The notes under the pieces were generated by a model. It saw only the letters and a list, made by a program, of their open reading frames with translations. It was not told where the DNA came from and made no database searches. This document shows, piece after piece, positions 9,960 to 18,385 of a DNA stretch of 64,000 nt (positions are counted from its first letter, which is position 1; each line of letters opens with the position of its first letter). A program made the position numbers and the translations under genes. This DNA is from Candidatus Latescibacterota bacterium (GTDB lineage Bacteria; Latescibacterota; UBA2968; UBA8231): positions 4,608,001 through 4,672,000 of the forward strand of contig CBDETY010000003.1 in assembly GCA_965243025.1 (NCBI GenBank), written 5' to 3'.

Positions 9960-11111
9960 TTGTCGGCGCCGGAGACCATCCTCGTCGGATCGCTGCCTCC
10001 CCCTCTCACGGGGCAAACCATCGCATTTCAGATTGCCTGTGAAGGTTTCGAGGAGCGCTGCCTCCCCTGCCGGGTGATCGACCTCAGCGGGGGCGGTCAC
10101 ACAAAACCGGAAGGAGGATTCTCTCTGAGCCGGTCGATGCAGCTCCTAAAACCTTTCCGCCGGGCGTTCGTTCTGTTGTTCGGCAGGAAAGTCCTGTATC
10201 TCAGCGCAACGCAGAACTGGGCGGGGTTTCTCAGGGACGCGGTATTCATCCTCCTGGCATCCCTCGGCAGACAGCGAATAGTCATCCACCTTCAGGGAGG
10301 CAATTACGACGGCTTCCACGACTCCCTGGGACCCTTGCGGAAGTACGCTGTCCGCGCCGTCCTGAGCCGCGTCGACCGAATCCTTGTCCTTGGCAAAAGT
10401 CTGTACGGGATGTTCGATTTCGACCCTTCCCTGCAGCAAAAACTGCGTGTCGTGTTCAATGGCCTGCCCTACCCGGAAACCGAAACCGCCCAGGTACCGA
10501 AGCGTTTGCCCGCGAGGGCGCAGGATCGCCCGAGACTCCTCTATCTCTCCAACCTGATCGTCAGCAAAGGGTACCTGCAGGTGCTCGACGCCCTGCGCAT
10601 CCTCGTGCACCAGCGCGGAATCGATGCCGAATGTCATTTCTGCGGCAGCTTCGTCCTGTCCTCGGACATCCGCCCGTACTCCACCCCCGATGAAGCGGAG
10701 TCGGACTTTCTCGACCGCATCGAAAAATCCGGTCTGACCCGGCATGCCTTCTGGCACGGACCTGTCGATGGAGACGAGAAGCTTCGTTTCCTCCGGGACA
10801 GTCACTTCTTTTTGCTGCCGACCTGCTACGCGTACGAAGCTCAGCCGATATCGATCATCGAAGCTCTTGCTTTCGGGCTGGTCGTTGTCGCGACACCCCA
10901 TCGCACCATACCTGAAATGATGGCGGGAAGCGCGGGAGAGTCGGTTCAGTTCGGCAGACCGGATGAAATCGCAGACGCGGTTGAATCGCATGTAAAAAAC
11001 CCTGGCAAATTCGAAGCCGGGAGCCGGGCTTCCATCGCGCGTTACCGCGGTTCGTTCACGAGGGAACAACACCTCGACAGGCTGGTTCCCCTGATTCTGG
11101 ACAGCGGCTGA
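9960..11111 (+). CDS. Glycosyltransferase family 4
   Basis: Motifs LYLSNLIVSKG and FLLPT..EAQPISIIEALAFG (EX7E). Confidence 0.9.
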   Translation: MSAPETILVGSLPPPLTGQTIAFQIACEGFEERCLPCRVIDLSGGGHTKPEGGFSLSRSMQLLKPFRRAFVLLFGRKVLYLSATQNWAGFLRDAVFILLASLGRQRIVIHLQGGNYDGFHDSLGPLRKYAVRAVLSRVDRILVLGKSLYGMFDFDPSLQQKLRVVFNGLPYPETETAQVPKRLPARAQDRPRLLYLSNLIVSKGYLQVLDALRILVHQRGIDAECHFCGSFVLSSDIRPYSTPDEAESDFLDRIEKSGLTRHAFWHGPVDGDEKLRFLRDSHFFLLPTCYAYEAQPISIIEALAFGLVVVATPHRTIPEMMAGSAGESVQFGRPDEIADAVESHVKNPGKFEAGSRASIARYRGSFTREQHLDRLVPLILDSG

Positions 11112-11213
11112 ATCCTTCCTTTACGCTTTATCGACTTTTCGGTTTCCCGGATGCCGCGGGGGTCCTGCGGCCCCGAGATCATCTTTCCGGGGAGACTCCC
11201 ACCGCGACCGAGG

Positions 11214-14078
11214 TCAGTCGAAAGTTTCCCAATAAAGGACGATGTCGGTCAGTCCAAGATCTGCGGGGCCGTCGTAGTGCAGTAGACAGAAGATGTCCTG
11301 GGGCTGGTTCAGAACGAACTTCAATCGGCGGGCGCGCTCCCCGGCAATGGGAATGGACAGAAACCAGGGAGGGTGAACCCCTTCCTGCACAGGACGCAAG
11401 TAGTCGGAGCTTTCCACCGTTGCCCACTTTCCTTGGTCCAATTTTGAACTGAACCACTCCGAATTGAAAGAACCGGAGCTCACTGCTGTCCGGAACGGCA
11501 CAGGGTTGCGCTCAAACAAGGAACGGAATGCGGAAACAGCTGAAACAGTAAGGTTGAAGCGAACTCGGTAATGGCCTTCGGGGAGGTTGGAAAAACGGAC
11601 CGCCGTCTGGAGGGAGCCCTCCTTGATCTCGGGTGCGAAGCGCTTGATCTCGACTGAACTCGGTTCGGTTCCGGATGGCGTGAAGGTGGCTCGGATCCCA
11701 TCAAGCGCCAAATTCCCATGTCCCGAATACTCATAATGGATACGGTTTACTCCAAGCCTGTCGATCGTGAATGGGAACAACTGATTCCCGTCGACCTCGC
11801 CGCCGATGAGTGGATAGCTGGTACGGTTACCCCAGGAAGAGATCGCTGGTAACGTATTTCCAAGAGTAAAGACAATATGACCGGAGACCTGTCCCTCCGG
11901 CGGTTCGACGCGCAGACCTGGGAAAGTCATCTCGTAAAGTCCGGAATGCGCTACCCTTGGAATCCATGAGGAGTTGACTATCCCCGCTGAAGTCACACCG
12001 GGACGGGCTAAAAGGCTGCCGTCAGGTAGAGCTGCCTTTTCCATCGGGTTCAAGGGGATCGAGAAATTCAAGCTCCCCACCCCCGTTCCGGCTTCCGTTC
12101 CCGTTTTTTGAAAATTGGTCGGCGACAAGCTGTGGGGCAGCCTGAGGGCCAGCGTGTCGCTACGGCTCCACAGAAAGGGTGCAAAAGCGGCCGCGGCGAC
12201 CAGTCCCCAGCCGATCAGGCCTGACCTGCCCGTGCCAGGGCCGGCGCGGAATAACAGCGCTGCCAACAACAACGCCCAGAAAGCGATGTCTAGCAGGGGC
12301 AGCTCCACCTGCTCCGGTGGAAAGAAATGTTGATGAAGCGGATAGAAGTGATTGATGGAACGATTCCTCAGATTTATCCCTTCGTATCCGCCCTCGGGCA
12401 CCGGGAGAGTATCGAGCACTCCTTCGACGCTGACGGCGAGGGATAGCGCGACAAAAAAGGCAACCGCCGCCGATCGCTTCACCAGCTTCAAACCCCAGGC
12501 AAGCCCCAAGACCAGAACGGGAAGCGCCGTCACCAGAAAGCGGGCTGGAAAGCAGAAGCCAAAGACCCAGTTCGAATGCAGACCATTGATTACAGCCGTA
12601 GCGGAATAGATACCGACCGCGACGACCACGCGCCGGTCGCGCATTCGCGCGAGAGCCACCAAGCCGAACAGGGCAAAGAAGAAAATTGGCGAACTGTTGA
12701 GAATACCTTTGTTCACATGGAGCAAGTGCCCGGGCAGGGAGATGCTCCAATTGGTGATATCGAGAGCGTCTTCCTCCCAAGCCCCGCTGCCTGGCCTTAT
12801 CGGACCCATCCAATCGCTGCTGAATGCGTAGTGGAACGAAATGAGAGCGTACAGACCAACAGCGACCACCAACCCGACCACCGAAAGGGCGAGATTCCTC
12901 CGGGGGCTGTGCCAGGCCTGCAGCAGGACACCCGCCCCGCAGAGGAGACCTAAAAGGGCAAGGCGGGGGTGAAGGAAGGGAAGGCAGCACAATAGCAGGG
13001 TCAGCAGACCAAGCAGCGGTACCTCGCAGAACCCCCAGGATCGATACGAACCACCCGGTACCTGCCAGTGAGCCAGAGCCACCAAGGCTACCAGGGCGAT
13101 CAGCAAAGCCGGGATTTCGGGAAAGAGTTGGTTGGTGAATAGAAAAAAGGGTGCCGTAATCGCCATGATTCCGGTAGCCAGCAGCGATGCCCAGAACTCG
13201 ACCCCCAATCGTCTCAGGAGAAGAAAGGTCAGAGGAACGCACAGGCTGGCCAGCAACGCCATGAACAGCGCCGTGGCAAGGCGTGGGTTTTTCCATTGCT
13301 CCAAACCCAACCAGTAGGCAGGCACGAGGGCGACGGAGAGCCCGATGGGATGCACGGAGTGCACCTTCCCCTCTGGGGAGGCGGGGGCTTTGTTTACCCC
13401 GAAATGTGAAACATGATATTCGCCGATATTTTCAGCATCGAGGTTGTTGGCCAAGTCCATGTCACCGTCGTGCAGCAGGCTTTGAGTAACGCGCAGGTAC
13501 TGGCCCTCGTCGCCATGCAGCATGGTGACCTGGCAGAAGTAGAGAGTGTAGAGGAAGTACAGCGGCAGGCAGCAGACGAGCAGGGAACCGGCTGTATACC
13601 CCGTTGGAATTCCTTTTTGCCCGTTTGCGGGCGGCAGATGCACGTAACCCAAAAAGACAAGCGCCACTGCCCACAGAGCGTGCGGGGACCAGAGCAGAGT
13701 CAGGAAAGGGAAGACATACACGATCGGATCAAGAAGAGAAACCAGACGCAACGCCAGCAGAACCACAGCAAGCAGGGTAGCGCTACGCAATCGATCCTGG
13801 AGTTGTTGCCCGCGAGAAAGGAAGCGATAGCGCACCCATGACAGAACCAGCCCGGCAATGCCGACAGCAACCGGGCCAATGGGCAACTGCAGACGGTATT
13901 CCCCTGTGGCAACCGCCAGACGCAACTCTTCCGTCGCCGCGGCGATGAGGGGCTCGAATCCACTCAGCGCCAACCATGAGCAGAAGATTCCGATCGCCAG
14001 GCCAAGGTCGATAAAAAACGGCCGCTCCGGGGGGCGAATAACTCGATTGATGAAACGCAGCGGGTCTTTGGCGATCAC
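11214..14078 (-). CDS. Large membrane protein, GT-C-like core plus soluble C-terminal region
   Basis: GDEGQYL...SLLHDGDMDLANN loop, HPIGLS, FPE, ARF motifs, many TMs; visibly lower GC. Confidence 0.6.
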   Translation of the reverse strand: MIAKDPLRFINRVIRPPERPFFIDLGLAIGIFCSWLALSGFEPLIAAATEELRLAVATGEYRLQLPIGPVAVGIAGLVLSWVRYRFLSRGQQLQDRLRSATLLAVVLLALRLVSLLDPIVYVFPFLTLLWSPHALWAVALVFLGYVHLPPANGQKGIPTGYTAGSLLVCCLPLYFLYTLYFCQVTMLHGDEGQYLRVTQSLLHDGDMDLANNLDAENIGEYHVSHFGVNKAPASPEGKVHSVHPIGLSVALVPAYWLGLEQWKNPRLATALFMALLASLCVPLTFLLLRRLGVEFWASLLATGIMAITAPFFLFTNQLFPEIPALLIALVALVALAHWQVPGGSYRSWGFCEVPLLGLLTLLLCCLPFLHPRLALLGLLCGAGVLLQAWHSPRRNLALSVVGLVVAVGLYALISFHYAFSSDWMGPIRPGSGAWEEDALDITNWSISLPGHLLHVNKGILNSSPIFFFALFGLVALARMRDRRVVVAVGIYSATAVINGLHSNWVFGFCFPARFLVTALPVLVLGLAWGLKLVKRSAAVAFFVALSLAVSVEGVLDTLPVPEGGYEGINLRNRSINHFYPLHQHFFPPEQVELPLLDIAFWALLLAALLFRAGPGTGRSGLIGWGLVAAAAFAPFLWSRSDTLALRLPHSLSPTNFQKTGTEAGTGVGSLNFSIPLNPMEKAALPDGSLLARPGVTSAGIVNSSWIPRVAHSGLYEMTFPGLRVEPPEGQVSGHIVFTLGNTLPAISSWGNRTSYPLIGGEVDGNQLFPFTIDRLGVNRIHYEYSGHGNLALDGIRATFTPSGTEPSSVEIKRFAPEIKEGSLQTAVRFSNLPEGHYRVRFNLTVSAVSAFRSLFERNPVPFRTAVSSGSFNSEWFSSKLDQGKWATVESSDYLRPVQEGVHPPWFLSIPIAGERARRLKFVLNQPQDIFCLLHYDGPADLGLTDIVLYWETFD

Positions 14079-14236
14079 TCAGGTACCCTTCGTCTGAGGG
14101 CTAGTTATCGAAAACAACGCAGGCGCGAATTAATCAAATCGAGTTTGAAAAGCGAACTCTTGACACTCCGAAGAAGGTAAGGGAGTTTGCACCGGCTCGT
14201 CCCAAGCTTCCCAGCGGCTGGGAAGCGGCGCTCCCT

Positions 14237-17200
14237 ATGACCATCCTAAAGGAGGGCGAATCGGCGGGAGCCAAGCACGGAAGGCGCGAGACTCCGCCGA
14301 AGAAATCGCTTCCTATGACAAGACGGTCGATCCGGGTGGAAGGTCATCGCCGGGGGCTGAAACGAGTTACCGGTGCCCTGATTGTCATCGGGTTGGTAAT
14401 GGGCCTGCATTTCGGGCCGGTTCCGCCGCTCGAGGGCCGGGCGCACTTGGTGTCCTGGGAAGCGGCCGGGGACGACCCCCTGCTTCAGGGTCGGGTCAGG
14501 TTTCCGTCGGGGCAGCCCGTCGCCGGGGCGCGGGTGATGCTCTTCGACCTGGACGGCCTGCACCGGGTGGCGGCCGCGACAACGGATGAAAGCGGCTGGT
14601 TTTCGCTGACAGCGCAAGCGTCGGCCCCCGCCTTGCCGGAACGGTTTCACCTCGGACAGAACTACCCCAATCCGTTCAATCCTTCCACGGTAATCCCGTA
14701 TGAACTTCCGGCCGCGGCCCGCGTCCGGCTGGAGGTGTTCAATCTTCTCGGGCAGCGGGTTGCGACCCTGGTGGACGAGGAACGCCCGGCAGGATCTCAC
14801 TCGGCGCGGTGGGACGGAACGGATTCGGCGGGGCGCGCCGTGGGAGCGGGGGTGTACCTCTACCGGCTCCAGGGGGGCGGGATGAGCGCTACCCGGCGCA
14901 TGCTGCTGATCGATGGGCAGGCGGGCATCCCTGCTTCCGAAGCGTCCTCCGGGGGCATCCCGGAAGAGGGCAGGGAGGGCGTGGAGGCGGCGGCGCCCGT
15001 CTTCGGCCTGACCGTCTCGGGTGCGGGGCTGATCACCCATGTGAACCCGGCCTTCCGGATCGAGGCAGGCGGGGGAGCGGTCGACCTTGTGGTCGAAAAG
15101 GCCGGGCACCCTCGAGGGAAGGTTGCTGCGAGCGGAATGGCCGGCGACGTGGACAACAACGGCCGGGTCGATGTCGTCGACGCCCTGCTGGTGGCCCTGT
15201 ACATCCTCGACAGCTCCCTGATCCTTCCCAACAACGGCGACATATCCCGCGGGGACGTAAACAGCGACGGCCGCATTGATACCGCCGACTTGTGGCTGAT
15301 CCTCACCAACTACGTGCTGCCGGGGCCGACACCGAGCGGGAAGATGTACTGGACCGCAGAGGGGCCGCCCAGGATTCAACGCGCCGACCTCGACGGGTCC
15401 AACGTCGAAGACCTCGTCACCTCCGGCCTGGTCAATCCGCGGGGACTGGCCCTGGATGCGGCGGGGGGAAAGATGTACTGGCTGGACAGGGGAACCGGCA
15501 AGCTCCAGCGGGCCGACCTCGACGGGTCCAACGTCGAAGACCTCGTCACCACCGGGTTGCAACATCCCCTGAGCCTGGCCCTGGATGCGGCGGCGGGAAA
15601 GGTCTACTGGCTGGACCATCGAACGGCCAGGATCCTGCGGGCCAACCTCGACGGATCCAACGTGGAGTCTCTCGTCTCCACAGGGCGTCAGCCGGAAGGG
15701 CTGGCCCTGGATGCGGCGGGGGGAAAGTTGTACTGGATGACCGTGGGGACGGACAGGATTCATCGGGCCAACCTCGACGGGTCGAATGTCGAAGACCTCG
15801 TCACCACCGGGTTGGACAGCCCATCGGGTCTGGCGCTGGACCTGGCTGCGGGAAAGATGTACTGGACCGACTCCGGCACCGACAGGATCCAGCGGGCAAA
15901 TCTCGACGGGTCCAACGTCGAAGACCTCGTCACCACCGGATTGCGACAACCCGAGGAGCTGGCCCTGGATGTCGGGGCGGGAAAGATGTACTGGGCGGAC
16001 TGGAACACGGGAAAGATTCAACGGGCCAACCTCGACGGATCGAGCGTCGAGGACCTACTCAGTGCCGGACCCGGCGGGCCCTATGGGCTGGCCCTGGAAA
16101 TTCCATCCGCCGATGGACAGGCCGCCGGAACCGCCACCCTGGAGCCGGACCCGTCCACGGTGGTCCTGGAAAACGACGGGAGGTGGCGGGCGTTCTCGGT
16201 CCGGGCGGGCGCGCCGGTCGTCGTTACCGCCAACCCTGCCGGAACCACTCCCCGGGTCGAGATCACCGGCATAGAAGCCGCCTCCAACCAGTGCCCCGCC
16301 GAATCGGAAGAGGAGGTGGAGCGCCACGACGGGGAGACGGTCTACCTGGCCGGGTGCGCCGCGGGCCAGGCCACGGTGAAGCTGCGGCGGGCTGCCGACC
16401 AGACGTTGCTGCGCACCTACACCTTCACGATATCGCAACCTTTACCGGCTTCCACGGTGTCGTCGAAGATGTACTGGACGAGCCCGGGAAAGATTCAACG
16501 CGCGGACCGGGACGGCACCAATGTCGAAGACCTCGTCACCTTTGGTTCTCCGAGGAACCTTGCCCTGGATATGCTGGCCGGCAAGATGTACTGGACCGAC
16601 ACCGGCACACGTAAAATCTGGCGAGCCGACCTCGACGGCTCCCAGGTGGAGAGCCTGATCTCTTCTGGATTGATAAGCCCCGTCGGTCTCGCCCTGGATG
16701 TCGACGCCGGCAAGATCTACTGGACCGACACCGGCTCCAACAGAATCCAGAGGGCCAACCTCGACGGCTCCCAGGTCGAATACCTGGTTTCCCTCGGGTT
16801 GCACAGTCCCGAAGGGCTCGCCCTCGATGCGGACCGGGGCAAGATCTACTGGTCCGACTACGGCACCAATAAAATCCAGCGTGCCAATCTCGACGGCTCC
16901 CAGGTCGAAGAGCTCGTCACCACCGGATTGCGCAGCCCCGAGGGGTTGGCTCTGGATGCAGACGCAGGAAAGATGTACTGGGCGGATTACACCACAGACA
17001 AGATCCAGCGCGCCAATCTCGACGGCTCCCAAGTCGAGGATCTCGTCACCGCCGGATTGAGTATCCCCAGGGATCTCGCCCTGGAGGCCGCCGCCGGCAA
17101 GATCTACTGGACCGATTCCGGCACCGGAAAGATCCAGCGCGCCAACCTCGACGGCTCCCAGGTCGAGGACCTACTGTCTGCCAGCGAGTCGAGCGCCCCC

Positions 17201-18298
17201 CTGGGACTGGCCCTGGCTTCCCCCGTCGCCGCCCTTTCCCCCAACCCGGAGACAACCTTTCCCAGGGACGGCTTCATGCGCCGGTTCACGGTCCTGGCGA
17301 GCGAGCCGGTCGTCGTCGTAGCCAACCCGGCGGGGACCCCTTCGAGGATGCTGGTCGCCGAATCCAGCGGTGCTTTCAACGAGTGCCCGGCGCAACGGGA
17401 AGACAGCCTGAGGCGCAGGCACGGCCAGACGGTGTACCTCGGCGGGTGCACCCCCGGCCAGGCGACGGTCGAGCTGAGACGGGCTTCCGATCAGGCGGTT
17501 CTGAAGACCTACGCCGTCAGGGTATCGGGAAAGTTGAAGATGTACTGGACCAATGCGGGCAGGAACGACAAGATCCAGCGGGCCGACATCGACGGGACCA
17601 ACGTCGAGGATCTGGTCACGACAGGTTTGAGTGAGCCCATCGATCTGGCACTGGATGTGACGGGCGGCAAGATGTACTGGACCGACCAGGGAACGGACAA
17701 AATCCAGCGGGCCGACCTGGACGGAACGGGGGTGGAAGACCTCCTTACGACAGGATTGTTCTATCCCGTTGGTCTGGCACTGGACCTGATTGCAGGAAAG
17801 ATGTACTGGACGGACATGGATGCCGATAAAATCAAACGGGCGAATCTCGACGGTTCCAATGTGGAGGATCTCGTCACCACGGGATTGAGCAGGCCAAGGG
17901 GGATAGCCCTGGATCTGGCGGCCGGAAAAATGTACTGGACGGATCAGGGAACGGACAAAATTCAGCGGGCCGACCTGGACGGCTCAAATATCGAGGATCT
18001 CGTTACCTCCGGGACGAATGATCTCGACAGGCTGGCTCTCGATCCGGAAGCCGGCAAGATCTACTGGACCGACGCCAGGGCTGGCAAGGTCCAGCGCGCC
18101 AACCTGGACGGATCAGATGTGGAAGACCTGGTCACCGGACTGGGAGTGGCAAGGGGAATTGCCCTGGACCTCCCAGGAGGAAGGATGTACTGGACCGACA
18201 GTGGCACAGACCGAATTCAGAGCGCGAACCTGGACGGATCCAACATCCAGACTCCGGTCACCGGAATGGTCGGTCCCACTTCCATCGCGCTGGAATGA
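14237..18298 (+). CDS. Secreted protein: QNYPNPFNP (FlgD-Ig/T9SS-CTD-like) domain, dockerin/EF-hand pair and 18 LDL-receptor class B (YWTD) repeats
   Basis: 3 x 6 repeats of KMYWTD..KIQRANLDGSNVEDLV..GLALD; QNYPNPFNPST; GDVDNNGRVDVVD/GDVNSDGRIDTAD. Start uncertain. Confidence 0.9.
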   Translation: MTILKEGESAGAKHGRRETPPKKSLPMTRRSIRVEGHRRGLKRVTGALIVIGLVMGLHFGPVPPLEGRAHLVSWEAAGDDPLLQGRVRFPSGQPVAGARVMLFDLDGLHRVAAATTDESGWFSLTAQASAPALPERFHLGQNYPNPFNPSTVIPYELPAAARVRLEVFNLLGQRVATLVDEERPAGSHSARWDGTDSAGRAVGAGVYLYRLQGGGMSATRRMLLIDGQAGIPASEASSGGIPEEGREGVEAAAPVFGLTVSGAGLITHVNPAFRIEAGGGAVDLVVEKAGHPRGKVAASGMAGDVDNNGRVDVVDALLVALYILDSSLILPNNGDISRGDVNSDGRIDTADLWLILTNYVLPGPTPSGKMYWTAEGPPRIQRADLDGSNVEDLVTSGLVNPRGLALDAAGGKMYWLDRGTGKLQRADLDGSNVEDLVTTGLQHPLSLALDAAAGKVYWLDHRTARILRANLDGSNVESLVSTGRQPEGLALDAAGGKLYWMTVGTDRIHRANLDGSNVEDLVTTGLDSPSGLALDLAAGKMYWTDSGTDRIQRANLDGSNVEDLVTTGLRQPEELALDVGAGKMYWADWNTGKIQRANLDGSSVEDLLSAGPGGPYGLALEIPSADGQAAGTATLEPDPSTVVLENDGRWRAFSVRAGAPVVVTANPAGTTPRVEITGIEAASNQCPAESEEEVERHDGETVYLAGCAAGQATVKLRRAADQTLLRTYTFTISQPLPASTVSSKMYWTSPGKIQRADRDGTNVEDLVTFGSPRNLALDMLAGKMYWTDTGTRKIWRADLDGSQVESLISSGLISPVGLALDVDAGKIYWTDTGSNRIQRANLDGSQVEYLVSLGLHSPEGLALDADRGKIYWSDYGTNKIQRANLDGSQVEELVTTGLRSPEGLALDADAGKMYWADYTTDKIQRANLDGSQVEDLVTAGLSIPRDLALEAAAGKIYWTDSGTGKIQRANLDGSQVEDLLSASESSAPLGLALASPVAALSPNPETTFPRDGFMRRFTVLASEPVVVVANPAGTPSRMLVAESSGAFNECPAQREDSLRRRHGQTVYLGGCTPGQATVELRRASDQAVLKTYAVRVSGKLKMYWTNAGRNDKIQRADIDGTNVEDLVTTGLSEPIDLALDVTGGKMYWTDQGTDKIQRADLDGTGVEDLLTTGLFYPVGLALDLIAGKMYWTDMDADKIKRANLDGSNVEDLVTTGLSRPRGIALDLAAGKMYWTDQGTDKIQRADLDGSNIEDLVTSGTNDLDRLALDPEAGKIYWTDARAGKVQRANLDGSDVEDLVTGLGVARGIALDLPGGRMYWTDSGTDRIQSANLDGSNIQTPVTGMVGPTSIALE
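15344..18295 (+). repeat. Coding tandem repeats of about 43 aa (YWTD) in three blocks: ~15344-16098, ~16469-17215, ~17540-18295
   Basis: Recurring DNA such as aagatgtactggaccgac and ctcgacgggtccaacgtcgaagacctcgtcacc. Confidence 0.92.
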
Positions 18299-18385
18299 TG
18301 CTGCCCGGTGAGACTTCGATCTGGGAACGATCCTTGCTGAAATTTGCTCGGCCCAGATCAACAGGAACCCAATCCTCGATAACCG

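Noticed and set aside
11112-11213. GC-rich hairpins between convergent genes as an intrinsic terminator
   Set aside because: Stems are plausible, but no U-tract follows on either strand, so it was not called.
15344-18295. Regularly spaced DNA repeats as a CRISPR array
   Set aside because: The repeats are degenerate, in frame and protein-coding; no cas genes.
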